Of a DNA stretch of 64,000 nucleotides, positions 53,545-62,379 are shown in pieces (within the stretch, counting starts at the first letter, position 1; every line of letters begins with the position of its first letter). The stretch is from a virus (Duplodnaviria; Caudoviricetes). The translations under genes were made by a program, and so were the position numbers. Under the pieces are notes generated by a model that saw nothing but the letters and a program-made list of their open reading frames with translations, searched no databases and had not been told where the DNA came from. The stretch lies in IMG/VR virus record IMGVR_UViG_3300032373_000001. One strand, given 5' to 3'.

Positions 53545-53997
53545 TCAGGCGGCGTTGAGGGTCTTGCTCAGAGAGATGGTGCCCGCAGGCAGGTCACTGT
53601 CGGCACCGACTGTGAGCGTGAGCGTGAGAGACTTCGCGACGTCCTCATCGGCAGCGATCGCGGTGATGACGAAGGTGGTGTCGAAGTTCTCGAAGAGCGG
53701 GATGAAGAACGAGTCCGTATCGTCGAGGGCGTCGTCGCCTCCCGTAGCGAAAGCGCGGCCCATGACGCTCTTGATCAGGAAGGCTCCGCTGTCCCCCGAA
53801 GCCTCCAAGTAGAGGCTGGAGTTGCGGTCAGAGGTGATGGTGAAGGTAACGTCGGTGGCTGCCGTGATGTCACCGAAGGCTCCATCACCGGTGATGATGA
53901 GGGAGGGGAAATCCTCGGCCTTATTGACGACGGCTCGGAGCGCGGCCTTGGTGTTGGCCTTCTGGGCGTAGAAGGGGGGAAGGCGTCCTGAGGGCAT
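53545..53997 (-). CDS. putative virion structural protein
   Basis: 150 aa, A/T/D/S-rich beta-strand composition. Confidence 0.6.
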   Translation of the reverse strand: MPSGRLPPFYAQKANTKAALRAVVNKAEDFPSLIITGDGAFGDITAATDVTFTITSDRNSSLYLEASGDSGAFLIKSVMGRAFATGGDDALDDTDSFFIPLFENFDTTFVITAIAADEDVAKSLTLTLTVGADSDLPAGTISLSKTLNAA

Positions 53998-54088
53998 GGG
54001 GGGTCTCCAGTTGGGGTCTCACGACCCCTCAAGCAAGAGCCAGTCTAATGAAACCCCTATACAGAAGCCCTTGCTGTGGAGGACCCCT

Positions 54089-54478
54089 ATGAATAAGCTC
54101 GCGAAGATCCTGGACCAAGAAGGCGTGCGGAAGGTTGCCGGAATGAAGCAGCTCCAGCAGGCCATCTACCGGGATGCCATTCAGCACATCGTGCGGGACA
54201 AGGAGGCCGAGGCCGCAGCCCTGGAACTGGCCAGGACTTCCGACGCCTTCTACGTCGGCACCTTCCAGGACCTCTACGACGTGTTGCGCTCCGACGAGGG
54301 TGAGGAGGAGGTGCTGGACGCGATCCACGCGATCCTGATTGATGTGGGGGATCGCGTCAAGAACTACTTGAGCAACAAGTGGAACTTCGAACCCGGATAC
54401 CAGGTTCCCAGCATGAACCTGAGCTGGTCACCCGACGAGCGGGACAGCTACCTCCGAGAGTTCTCCCGGCTGCTCTGA
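54089..54478 (+). CDS. protein with MNKLAxILxxEG leader
   Basis: GGAGGACCCCT-ATG; N-terminus like 59058-59753. Confidence 0.8.
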   Translation: MNKLAKILDQEGVRKVAGMKQLQQAIYRDAIQHIVRDKEAEAAALELARTSDAFYVGTFQDLYDVLRSDEGEEEVLDAIHAILIDVGDRVKNYLSNKWNFEPGYQVPSMNLSWSPDERDSYLREFSRLL

Positions 54479-54479
54479 G

Positions 54480-55037
54480 TCAGTACTGGATCGCATCCGA
54501 GACCTGAACTGCGTAGATGTGGGGACGTGCTGGGTCCAGCTTACTGAGCTGGACCTTACTCCGTCGGAACGGACGCCCGGACAAGAGGCGCAAAGCCCCA
54601 CTCTTCCAGTCCTTGTTGGAGCGCGGTGATCTCAGCGGTCCCGCGCTCCAACACAAGCCCATCTCAGCTGGCCGCTGGCCGGCAGGCTTTGCGCCTTCTC
54701 GGATGACCGGAGTGTCGTAGAGGATCCCATCCTGGTCCTCCTCCGTCTCCCACCGAAGAATGTCCCCCTCGGCGTAGTAGTCCTTGCTGGGAGCCAAAGC
54801 CACGAGGGCGCAAGGGTCCACACGCACAGAGATCTCGATCCAATCTGCCGAGGGGTTCTGGCGTTCGATTTCTTGGCAGTACTCATCGAGGCGGTCGAGC
54901 ATCGCATCGACCCCTTTCTGCTGGGCGGTGTCCCACTGGTCCAGACGTCGGAGTTGGACCATGATGCGGGAGGCTACCTCCACTTCCTCTCCGGGGGCCA
55001 TCTCTCCGGCACCCAGGTTCCGGATCGTGTACTTCAT
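54480..55037 (-). CDS. hypothetical protein
   Basis: GAGGAGG RBS, MKYTIRNL start. Confidence 0.7.
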   Translation of the reverse strand: MKYTIRNLGAGEMAPGEEVEVASRIMVQLRRLDQWDTAQQKGVDAMLDRLDEYCQEIERQNPSADWIEISVRVDPCALVALAPSKDYYAEGDILRWETEEDQDGILYDTPVIREGAKPAGQRPAEMGLCWSAGPLRSPRSNKDWKSGALRLLSGRPFRRSKVQLSKLDPARPHIYAVQVSDAIQY

Positions 55038-55047
55038 CGAATCCTCC

Positions 55048-55518
55048 TCAGATACGGACAATCTCAGCACCCGGCCACCCGCTCATCCGGGACCCGCGAC
55101 GGTCCTGAACGGTCACTACCAGGTGCAAGCCTCTCACAGCAGCGCGCTTCGCCAAGTCCTCGGCTTCCTCCGAGTAGGGCAAGCAGCTATCTTCCAGGCG
55201 CTGAAGCCCGTCCACAAGGATCGCCGAACCCTTCGGGAATTCATGGATGGCCCGCCACAGGTAGCCCATCGAGCAGTCTGAGTCGTTCCGGATGACCTTC
55301 TCGTGGGTGGTGTCCTCGGGCTCTGGGCACAACTCCTCAGAGTTGTGCGTTTCCGGGGTCATCAAGACGATCTCGGGGATGTCTTCCCGAGCGCAGTAGG
55401 CTTGGAAGATGCGCCTCAAGTAGGTGCTCTTGCCTGTTCCTGCCTGACCTCGGATCATCCAGGTCTGGCCAGCCTTGGCCGACCCGACCTCTTCCAGCTT
55501 CTCTTCGATTGGTGACAT
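55048..55518 (-). CDS. small RecA/KaiC-fold P-loop ATPase
   Basis: IRGQAGTGKST Walker A, AILVDGLQ Walker B, LVVTVQ strand. Confidence 0.7.
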   Translation of the reverse strand: MSPIEEKLEEVGSAKAGQTWMIRGQAGTGKSTYLRRIFQAYCAREDIPEIVLMTPETHNSEELCPEPEDTTHEKVIRNDSDCSMGYLWRAIHEFPKGSAILVDGLQRLEDSCLPYSEEAEDLAKRAAVRGLHLVVTVQDRRGSRMSGWPGAEIVRI

Positions 55519-55548
55519 GTAGTCCTCCCTGGGGGTTTACCGGGTCCG

Positions 55549-55914
55549 TTAATCGACCCGGATGCTCCAGCGCCACCCAGGATAGTCCTCCAAGAGGCGG
55601 AACCCCTCCTCCACGTAGGGAGCATCATCCCAGTCCACGCTCGCGGGGCCAACGTAGCCGTACTTCTTCTCGAAGGCTTCTTCCGACAGCTTCTGGTCCT
55701 GGGCGACGCAGTGTTCAAAGTAGGACACTCGTATCCACCACTCCTCTGCCCAGGAACGGTCAGTGACGGGGTGGGTCGCTCGGATGCGGCGGAGACTGCT
55801 GAGGAGGTCGTATCCGAAGTAGCTCATCGTGCCCAGGTGACCCACTCGGTACGCATCCTCTTCGCCGGTCTCTGGGTTCACGAAGTCAATGTAGACGTCA
55901 CTACTCATTGCCAT
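55549..55914 (-). CDS. hypothetical protein
   Basis: 121-aa ORF in small-gene operon. Confidence 0.7.
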   Translation of the reverse strand: MAMSSDVYIDFVNPETGEEDAYRVGHLGTMSYFGYDLLSSLRRIRATHPVTDRSWAEEWWIRVSYFEHCVAQDQKLSEEAFEKKYGYVGPASVDWDDAPYVEEGFRLLEDYPGWRWSIRVD

Positions 55915-56083
55915 CCCCCCGAAGGTGTCGGGAAGCGATCTCGCGCTCCTCTTCCGTCATGTCATACCAGGGCTGGTCCATGCGGTCGAGGATCTCATTC
56001 TCTTCGGGGGAGTCCTCGCCGTGCTCCCGGCGGATACGCAGTAGCTCTCCGACGAGGTGCAGGTAGGTCTGGAGGGCGCTCAC
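55901..56083 (-). CDS. small hypothetical protein
   Basis: 60 aa, overlaps neighbours. Confidence 0.65.
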   Translation of the reverse strand: MSALQTYLHLVGELLRIRREHGEDSPEENEILDRMDQPWYDMTEEEREIASRHLRGDGNE

Positions 56084-56436
56084 TTGAGCAAGACTCCAAA
56101 GAAGCTGCCTTCCGGGGTGTGCCCGACCACCCAGCCGTGTCGGTACAGGGTCAGGGTCTCATCTCCTCCGGAGTCGTCTTCCGCCAGCGGATCCTTGAGG
56201 ATCGCCATAGGGCTGGGAATCTTGCGCTCCACCCCGACCCATTCGTTCTCGGTGTACTTGAAGTGATCCGCGCAGTCGTACATGCTGCCGGCGATGCGAA
56301 CCACGACATCCGAGATGTGCTCCGCGGAGGGGTCGGAGCGCAAGCACTCGTCCTCCCGCCACAGGACCAGGACCTTGTTCGGCCAGTCCTCGGGCACCTT
56401 ATCCTTGCTCCAGACCCGGTCCACTTCCATGCGCAT
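56080..56436 (-). CDS. hypothetical protein
   Basis: AAGGAGG RBS. Confidence 0.7.
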   Translation of the reverse strand: MRMEVDRVWSKDKVPEDWPNKVLVLWREDECLRSDPSAEHISDVVVRIAGSMYDCADHFKYTENEWVGVERKIPSPMAILKDPLAEDDSGGDETLTLYRHGWVVGHTPEGSFFGVLLK

Positions 56437-56512
56437 GAGGTTGCCTCCTTGGGGGGCTTACCGGAGGCCGATGAAAGGCTTATACGGAACCCACAACAAC
56501 AGGGAGTGAACC

Positions 56513-57550
56513 ATGCGAAGTGTGCTGGCAAGAATCCTCGTCGAAGAGAACATCCGAGTAGCTGCCATCAATGACGCACAGGGGTGGCAACTGGTGCGGG
56601 AAATGTACGACGGAGCCACCACCCAGGGGAAACGGAACAAGGGCGAGAGCGCCTTCATGAACAACTGGGGCACTGACAACGGGTGGGACTGGATCGGCTT
56701 CAAGGAGTTCGCCCGCGACTTCTCCAACTGGGTCTCAATGAAGGCCATCCAGCTCCAGGGAGCTATGGACACCTGGCAAAACCAGAACGGAGAGACCATC
56801 ACCCCATCCGACGACGAGAGGGTGGACTGGAGCCACAACGCAGTCCTCATGGGTCGGCAGTTCTTCGACTCGGTCATGCGAAACCCTGGCATGCTCCCCC
56901 GCCGGGGAGGGCCGCTGCACCACTACAAGATCATCAACAAGGGTCAGGACCCGGCCTTCCTTGCAATCGCCCGGAAGTCCATGGGACGCCCCTTCACCAA
57001 TCTCCCGGGCAGTCCCCCCAACAAGCGGTGGGTGGAAGATGTCGCCATGGGACGCGGATGGGCGGACATGACCGATGACCTTCGCGCCAAGTACCTCACC
57101 GAAAACCGCATCGGACCTCCGCGCAACATCCCTGCCCGCGTCAGCCGCTCCAAGTTCTGGGAGTTCTACTGGTATCCCAGCTGGTCTCCGAATAGCCACG
57201 GCAAGGGCAACTACCAGCGATTCACACCTTCCGGCGCTGACGTCGGGCTGACCCTCGCAGTGAGCTGGGTCCCGACCAGCACCTCCCGGAAGAAGTCAGT
57301 GCTGGAAGAAGCCCTGCGGGACGCGGAGCAAACCTTCCGGGCATTCCGGATGCGTCTGGACACGGTGGTGGACCCCCGCTACAAGTTCACCCTCGAAGAT
57401 GTCGTCGCCGGCAAGCTCCGCCGGAAAAACTACAAGGGGGACTTGCAGCTGCCCCACACCACCAAGGTGGTCAGCATCCCCCTGATCGGAGATGCTGCGG
57501 TCGACAAGGCTACGATGCAGTCGATGGCCTCATCGCCCATCGCTCCCTGA
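56513..57550 (+). CDS. protein with LARILxEExIRVAA leader
   Basis: 345 aa; N-terminus related to the MNKLAxIL family; ATGAAAGGCTTATAC upstream. Confidence 0.8.
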   Translation: MRSVLARILVEENIRVAAINDAQGWQLVREMYDGATTQGKRNKGESAFMNNWGTDNGWDWIGFKEFARDFSNWVSMKAIQLQGAMDTWQNQNGETITPSDDERVDWSHNAVLMGRQFFDSVMRNPGMLPRRGGPLHHYKIINKGQDPAFLAIARKSMGRPFTNLPGSPPNKRWVEDVAMGRGWADMTDDLRAKYLTENRIGPPRNIPARVSRSKFWEFYWYPSWSPNSHGKGNYQRFTPSGADVGLTLAVSWVPTSTSRKKSVLEEALRDAEQTFRAFRMRLDTVVDPRYKFTLEDVVAGKLRRKNYKGDLQLPHTTKVVSIPLIGDAAVDKATMQSMASSPIAP

Positions 57551-57604
57551 CCGCATTCGGGTAAGTGCTTAATAGTCCGCCCCGGTCACCTAAGTGGCTC
57601 ACCC

Positions 57605-57982
57605 ATGGGTGAGCCACTTACAATTCAGGTAATCCCACGTATGGCGAATACCTGTAACCACGACCGAACCCTACAACTCACAGGCAAGGCGGTCGACTCC
57701 AAGTGGTGTAAATGGCCCAACGAAGCCGAATCCGGTCATGATCGGGGACTTCCCATGCCTGACATTCCAGGACTGGTCAACGGGGACTACATCGACCTTG
57801 AGGTCTGCATCGACTGCGGGAAGGTCTTGGGACTGCCCGATGCGGAAGACATCCTACAGAAACAACCTGTCAAGACCCCCCGCGCAACATCCAGGAGGAA
57901 GACCCTCCGAGAGATGCAAGAAAGCCTTCCGGAGTGTCAGGTCTGCGGGGATGTTCCCGGAGCGGGCTGCCCTGCCTGCTAA
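57605..57982 (+). CDS. hypothetical Zn-binding protein
   Basis: GDYIDLEVCIDCG and CQVC..CPAC. Confidence 0.7.
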   Translation: MGEPLTIQVIPRMANTCNHDRTLQLTGKAVDSKWCKWPNEAESGHDRGLPMPDIPGLVNGDYIDLEVCIDCGKVLGLPDAEDILQKQPVKTPRATSRRKTLREMQESLPECQVCGDVPGAGCPAC

Positions 57983-58479
57983 GGGGTGATGCCCAAGAAG
58001 GTCTTCAGCGCGGTTCGGTAGTGGTCCAGGGCTTCCCGCTGGACCACTACCGAGGGGGTGTTGTTGAGCATGATGATGGCGGGGTTCACCTCCAACATCT
58101 TCCGGAAGACCCCATGCTTAAACAACATCTTCCGGAAGACCTCATCCTTAAACTGGAAGGGGTAACCCAACGCTTCCAAGTTGAACTGCCGCACTCGGTC
58201 GTATCCGAAGACCACAACCAGCTGCGAGTAAGTCCACAGAGGAATGTCGTAGCAGTTGTCCGGGGGACGCGACCCGCAGTAGGTATCTTCGAACAAGTAG
58301 GCGAAGCCGAACAGGCCTCGACGGAAGCCCAAGACTGTAGCCTCGGGCATCACTGGCGGAGGGGCCTCCAGGCCCAACGACTTCCTCAGCTCCTGCGCCT
58401 GCACCAGAAGGTCAGGGCCAGCGGAGATCTGCAGGGCCTCTTCGTACAGGTTGAGGAGGGCCTCTGGATAACCACTCAT
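57979..58479 (-). CDS. hypothetical protein, paralogue of 58476-59039
   Basis: PEALLNLYEE..QAQELRKSLGL. Confidence 0.75.
   Translation of the reverse strand: MSGYPEALLNLYEEALQISAGPDLLVQAQELRKSLGLEAPPPVMPEATVLGFRRGLFGFAYLFEDTYCGSRPPDNCYDIPLWTYSQLVVVFGYDRVRQFNLEALGYPFQFKDEVFRKMLFKHGVFRKMLEVNPAIIMLNNTPSVVVQREALDHYRTALKTFLGITP
58093..58152. repeat. 30-bp tandem duplication (28/30 identical)
   Basis: Units 58093-58122 and 58123-58152, each with palindrome TCTTCCGGAAGA. Confidence 0.9.
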
Positions 58480-59039
58480 AGGTCGAGGGCCTCTGCCAGT
58501 GCGTCCTTGTATCGGGCTATCCGCCCCCTCCCCTCATCTAAGGGAGAGTGCCGCAAGACCTGCCAAGTCAGAGGCGAGTACGGGGCCTGGAGACGGAGGC
58601 CGAGCTGCTTCAGCAAAGACCAGACGGCAGCCTCTCCGATGACAGGAGCCAAAGTCCCTGCAGTCCAAGCCGGGGCGGTGAGGTAGCTGCAGCCCTCTTG
58701 CGGGTAAGCGCTGTCCCCAGGCTCGGTGAACGTGCGGCACGCTGGCATGTACGGGGGATTTTGGGCGGGGGTCACACCCCTCGAATCAGGGTCGAATACC
58801 TCAAAAATTCGGGGCGACGGGTTGAACTCGACGCAGAGGTTGTTGAGGACGATGGGGTGCGGGGCCAATCCCATCGACTTTCGAAGCTCTTCTGCCTGAC
58901 GGAACAGAGCCTCCTGACCGACCATGTGGCGCCGGAAACACTCCACGTAGAGAAGGTGGAGCGACTCCGGAAAGGAGGCCAGCACAGCCTGCTCAACTTT
59001 CGGGAGGTTGCAATAGGTGGGAGGAGTTGTAAGCATCAA
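58476..59039 (-). CDS. hypothetical protein, paralogue of 57979-58479
   Basis: PESLHLLYVE..QAEELRKSMGL. Confidence 0.75.
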   Translation of the reverse strand: MMLTTPPTYCNLPKVEQAVLASFPESLHLLYVECFRRHMVGQEALFRQAEELRKSMGLAPHPIVLNNLCVEFNPSPRIFEVFDPDSRGVTPAQNPPYMPACRTFTEPGDSAYPQEGCSYLTAPAWTAGTLAPVIGEAAVWSLLKQLGLRLQAPYSPLTWQVLRHSPLDEGRGRIARYKDALAEALDL

Positions 59040-59057
59040 GAGTGCTTACGGGGTGGG

Positions 59058-59753
59058 TCAGTACGCCCACCCATCGTAGTCAGTCCAGGGCTTCTTCTTC
59101 CCCTGCCCCATCCCTCGGGTGACCATCTTCCCGCCGAGCTTGCCCAGGGCCTCGAAGACCTTCTTGAGCGTCGTCCCGTGCTTCCGGGCACCAGCCTCCG
59201 TGACCATGGCCCGGAAACCGCCCAGCTGAGAGTCGATGTCCTCCAGATACGCGGAGGTGAACACCCCACCCTTCTTGCGGGGCTGCCACTGGAGCACGCG
59301 AACCTCACCAGGGGTGAAGAAGTCACGGTTGCCCCGCGCAGCATCACCCAAGGTCAGGAGTTCCTTCTTGTAGGGGCTGGAAGACCACTCACGCTTGCGG
59401 GCCTTGTCGACCTCGGCCCCCAAGAGCGCCGTCGCATCCCGGAGGAACTTCCCGTAGGGTCCCTGGCGGACCTTGGAGGCAGGATAGGCGAGGCCCTCGA
59501 TGTAGGACTCCGCCAAGGTCAGGGGCTGGTGTCGGAGGACCGCTTGAGCGAGATCACGAGCAGAGCCCGTGGAAAGAGCACTCAAGATATCCTGGGGGAT
59601 GGGGCTGCCCATCCCATCGACGGGATCCTCGGGGTCCCAGTCGTCCTCTTCGTAATCATCCCCCCACTCGTCTTCCTCTTCCTCCCAAGTGTAATCCTGA
59701 CTGGAAGTCTTGCGGAGTCCCTCTTCTCGAAGGATTTGAGCGAGCTTGTTCAT
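59058..59753 (-). CDS. protein with MNKLAxILxxEG leader and acidic linker
   Basis: MNKLAQILREEGLRKTSS then EEEEDEW acidic tract; AAGGAGAACCC-ATG. Confidence 0.8.
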   Translation of the reverse strand: MNKLAQILREEGLRKTSSQDYTWEEEEDEWGDDYEEDDWDPEDPVDGMGSPIPQDILSALSTGSARDLAQAVLRHQPLTLAESYIEGLAYPASKVRQGPYGKFLRDATALLGAEVDKARKREWSSSPYKKELLTLGDAARGNRDFFTPGEVRVLQWQPRKKGGVFTSAYLEDIDSQLGGFRAMVTEAGARKHGTTLKKVFEALGKLGGKMVTRGMGQGKKKPWTDYDGWAY

Positions 59754-59851
59754 GGGTTCTCCTTACGGGGAAGGGGGTTCGATAGGCAGGTCAGGTAAGG
59801 GTGGGGGGACTCTGCCCCATAGTTCTTCGGGGTGGGGCGGGAGGCGAAGAA

Positions 59852-60265
59852 ATGGACCCTGACCTGAAGATGTCCTTAGAGCTCGCAGTGCTGAAGATTC
59901 TCCCCAAGCACCTTAGCGCCTCCCTTCGGGAGGGCTGCGAGCGGGCAAAGGCCCAGGATGACGAGAGAAGAGTACAAGCGAACCTTGCTGCGGCTCGGCT
60001 GTTCAGCCTCGCTCATGGAGAGGGTCTTCTGGAGCTGTTCGGGGAACCGGCTCGGAGTGCAGCGGACCTTCCTGTCTGGTTCACCTCGGAAGGGCTGGTC
60101 ACCTTCACGGGGAAGGGCGTCGAGTTCTGGAGTAGGACCCCTCTGGGGGAAGTCCTACAGAAGCTCGAAGGGGTCCTTGGGAAGGACTACCTTCTTGAGT
60201 ACGGGGACAGGTACGTCTGGGATCTTCGGACGGCCCTCGAGAAGAGGTTGGCGGAGGAGTGGTAG
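59852..60265 (+). CDS. hypothetical protein
   Basis: GGGAGG RBS, MDPDLKMS start. Confidence 0.65.
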   Translation: MDPDLKMSLELAVLKILPKHLSASLREGCERAKAQDDERRVQANLAAARLFSLAHGEGLLELFGEPARSAADLPVWFTSEGLVTFTGKGVEFWSRTPLGEVLQKLEGVLGKDYLLEYGDRYVWDLRTALEKRLAEEW

Positions 60266-61065
60266 AGATGACTGAAGAAGAGAAGTACTGGGAAAAGACG
60301 TTGGGGCACATGTGCATGTCCCTCGGCCAAGCGTGGGAGTTGGAGCGCAAAATCTTCCTTGAAGAGGACGCCGCAGGGCTTGACCTGGAGACCCTACTAC
60401 TCAACACCAAACAATCCGTCCTTACGGCCCTCAGAAAAGCGACGGATAGAAAGTCTGGAGGCAAGGGCTACCCCACGGAATACAACCTGTGGAGAAAGGT
60501 AACTTCTGCCCAAGTCCTCGGAATAGGGGGAGATCACCTGGAGGAACACTTCGGGGAAGAAGACCCCTACGGAAAATGGGAGCAGGGTCTCGCGGATCTC
60601 AGAACCCTCGGAGACAAAGTGGTAGCCCACTCAAACCCAGAGGGCCTTCTCCAGAAAAACGAGGACGGGGAAAACATAGAAGAAAAACAGACAGGGCGGG
60701 CGATCTCAAGCGAGGCATCCTTCGGGAAGACCAGCATGCACACCATGGTCGGGGTTTGCAAGGGAGCCCTAAACGCCGCCGAAGAAACCTTCCCGAATTT
60801 GAAAGGTCGGCTCCACCGCCACTGCCTCCCGAAGTTCAAAAGCGAAGAGGAAGTCGGCCCGATTGCGGAAGCCCTCAAGAAAAGGTTCAAGAAAAACCTC
60901 CGGGTCTTCTTCCTTCGTGGGGAGACGTTCAAATACAAATTCCTCGGGGAGGAAGAAGCTCCGCAAGAGTGGCGGGAACTTTTCGGGAAAAGGGACGGAA
61001 GAGGGTTCATCTTCTATGACGACCCTGGGGTCCGAAAGCTACTCGCCGAACAGGTCGAAGACTGA
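60259..61065 (+). CDS. hypothetical protein (A-rich coding sequence)
   Basis: 268-aa ORF. Confidence 0.75.
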   Translation: MVEMTEEEKYWEKTLGHMCMSLGQAWELERKIFLEEDAAGLDLETLLLNTKQSVLTALRKATDRKSGGKGYPTEYNLWRKVTSAQVLGIGGDHLEEHFGEEDPYGKWEQGLADLRTLGDKVVAHSNPEGLLQKNEDGENIEEKQTGRAISSEASFGKTSMHTMVGVCKGALNAAEETFPNLKGRLHRHCLPKFKSEEEVGPIAEALKKRFKKNLRVFFLRGETFKYKFLGEEEAPQEWRELFGKRDGRGFIFYDDPGVRKLLAEQVED

Positions 61066-62379
61066 CGGTCCCTCCTCTTGAGAGTCCTCCTGGACTACTC
61101 CGAGGAAGTCCAGGAGCCTCTTGAGGCAGCCGTCGGGGTCCTGTAGGAGTTCCGACTCCCAGAGGAACAGGGAAGCGACCCGGACCCCAGCATACTCAGC
61201 CTCCCGTGCCAGGACGTACTGGTCGGGGGGCATTCCTGTAGCCTCCTCCCGGTGCCAGTAGTTGCCCAGGACCTCGACCACCTTCGAGGAGCGGACCTCG
61301 TTGGGCGGCATCCCCTGTTCGATGAGGGCTCGCTGCTCGACGGAGTAGGCCACGAAGTCAGGGTTGCGGCGCTTCCAGGTGCCGTCAGGCTCCCTCACGG
61401 TGAGCCAATAGGCATGATCACCCGTGTAGGTGAGAAGAAGGCCAGCGAGCCGTTCGAGGATCTTCTCCGGGCCGGTCTTGGGGGGCGGCGGGAGGATCCC
61501 AGCCTCCCATAGATTCTCCGCGCCGTAGCGAGCGAGCCATGCCTCCTTGCGCAGCCTCAAGGACTTCTTACGGATCGTAGGAGCTCCGGGATACACCTTC
61601 TGGTACTGGGCTGAAGCGATGCCGTGCTGAGACGTGAGGTGCCAGCTCAAGCTCTTGAGCCTCTTTCCGCAGATCCGGCAGACGACGAAGTCTTTGCCCT
61701 GGGAGGCACCCTCCCCGTAGAGCTCCGGATCCCGCCGCATGTACTCGGACCACGCCTTCCAGTCCTTGTCCTCGTAGGGGCCAGGGCAGGCGTTCTTGTG
61801 TAGCCCGATCCGAGTCCCCGAGAGCTTCTGGCCGCAGGAAGGGCAGGGGACCTGGTGCGCCTCTTCCCACCTCTCTCGGTTGAGCTTCTGCCAAGGCTCG
61901 CAGACAATGAGATGTGCTCGGCGGGCGTTGTTCGTCAAGAAGCCTCGGTTGCAGCCTTTGCACTTGTAGGGGAGGCTCTTGTTGTAGACCCACCAGTGGG
62001 CGCAGTTGATCCTGTGGGAAGGCCCGTGCCCTACATGACCGCAGGCGCAGCCGTCCTTGGGGGCCTCTGCGTCCAGGTCTACTTCGGGGAGAGTCTCTGG
62101 CCCAGGGCACTCTGAGAAGTGTTCACGCTGGGAGGTGACTCTGGCTCCGCAGATCCCACAGGGCTTCACCTTCCCCTCCAAGAAGCCTGGGCACACCCGC
62201 TCATGGTTGGCCCTGGACCGAGGGGCGCTGAACCCCATCCCGCACCCCTTCCGGCACTTGTGCGGGAGGTTCTTCGACCACTCAATGTACTGAGGGCATT
62301 CACGTCTATGGGGGTTGAGGTATGCGGGGTGGAAGTTGTTCCCGCACCCTTCACAGGTTGCCTTCTTCGCTCGGGCCAT
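61039..62379 (-). CDS. multi-zinc-finger Vsr/DUF559-like endonuclease (putative free-standing homing endonuclease)
   Basis: Six CxxC..HxxxC-type units and one CRIC..H..QH finger, then NPDF..VVEVLGNYWH..LFLWESEL nuclease motifs. Confidence 0.8.
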   Translation of the reverse strand: MARAKKATCEGCGNNFHPAYLNPHRRECPQYIEWSKNLPHKCRKGCGMGFSAPRSRANHERVCPGFLEGKVKPCGICGARVTSQREHFSECPGPETLPEVDLDAEAPKDGCACGHVGHGPSHRINCAHWWVYNKSLPYKCKGCNRGFLTNNARRAHLIVCEPWQKLNRERWEEAHQVPCPSCGQKLSGTRIGLHKNACPGPYEDKDWKAWSEYMRRDPELYGEGASQGKDFVVCRICGKRLKSLSWHLTSQHGIASAQYQKVYPGAPTIRKKSLRLRKEAWLARYGAENLWEAGILPPPPKTGPEKILERLAGLLLTYTGDHAYWLTVREPDGTWKRRNPDFVAYSVEQRALIEQGMPPNEVRSSKVVEVLGNYWHREEATGMPPDQYVLAREAEYAGVRVASLFLWESELLQDPDGCLKRLLDFLGVVQEDSQEEGPSVFDLFGE

